Positions 36,861 to 37,133 of a stretch of DNA of 37,133 bases are shown one piece after another. Positions within the stretch are counted from its first letter, which is position 1. Each line of letters begins with the position of its first letter. The notes under the pieces are model-generated. The model searched no databases. It had not been told where the DNA came from and was given only the letters and a program-made list of their open reading frames with translations. Origin of the DNA: an uncultured Chthonomonas sp. (GTDB lineage Bacteria > Armatimonadota > Fimbriimonadia > Fimbriimonadales > Fimbriimonadaceae); the NCBI GenBank assembly GCA_964509165.1, contig CAZDWU010000004.1:6525-43657 (forward strand), read 5' to 3'. The position numbers and the translations under genes are program-made.

Positions 36861-37133
36861 ATGATCGAGCGACTGCAAGAAATCCTGGACCGCTTCGAGG
36901 AGATTGAGGGCCAACTTCAATCTCCTGAGGTGGCGCAGCAACCCAAGGAGCTTGAAAGGCTGGGGAAGGCCCGTGCCGAACTGGAAGACGTGGTGACGGT
37001 GGTGCGCACCTATATGCGGCATCGCCAGGAACTTGCCGAAGCCCAAGAGCTACTCAGCGACCCCGAAATGCGGGAGATGGCGGAGGCCGAAATCGAGCCC
37101 CTACGCGAGAAGATTGAGTCCGGCGAGCAGGAA
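36861..37133 (+). CDS. prfA: Peptide chain release factor 1 (5' part, runs off the window)
   Basis: Manual translation MIERLQEILDRFEEIEGQLQSPEV...DPEMREMAEAEI matches the RF1 N-terminal pattern. Confidence 0.85.
   Translation, partial: MIERLQEILDRFEEIEGQLQSPEVAQQPKELERLGKARAELEDVVTVVRTYMRHRQELAEAQELLSDPEMREMAEAEIEPLREKIESGEQE

Overview
GC-rich bacterial chromosomal window, mostly housekeeping genes. The SLH-porin and ribosomal protein features suggest Armatimonadota/Fimbriimonadaceae (inference, not a database result). Left part: a partial membrane-protein gene, an intergenic candidate sRNA, nfo, phosphomannomutase, an OmpM-like SLH/coiled-coil/beta-barrel protein, a secreted protein and a tricorn-like S41 protease. 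Next come a minus-strand cluster (ANTAR response regulator, HIT, family-4 UDG, NanE-ROK fusion, SolA/MSOX-like oxidase, CPD photolyase) and a hypothetical-fahA-isochorismatase operon. The centre is the distal spc/alpha/L13-S9 ribosomal cluster, which starts abruptly at rpsN and lacks rpsD. Right part: a small RHH-like gene, a minus-strand run (DUF6614-like, FAD oxidoreductase, Zn-ribbon membrane protein, CBS-DUF1385 fusion, secG, metallophosphoesterase, ccmA, ccmB), alaS and the start of prfA. I saw no tRNA, rRNA, CRISPR array or mobile element. Best leads: the orphan terminated sRNA with an anti-SD-like loop, the unknown gene coupled to fahA, the split spc operon with a structured leader, several extended or inserted translation proteins, the CBS-DUF1385 and NanE-ROK fusions, and recurring leaderless-type -10 boxes.
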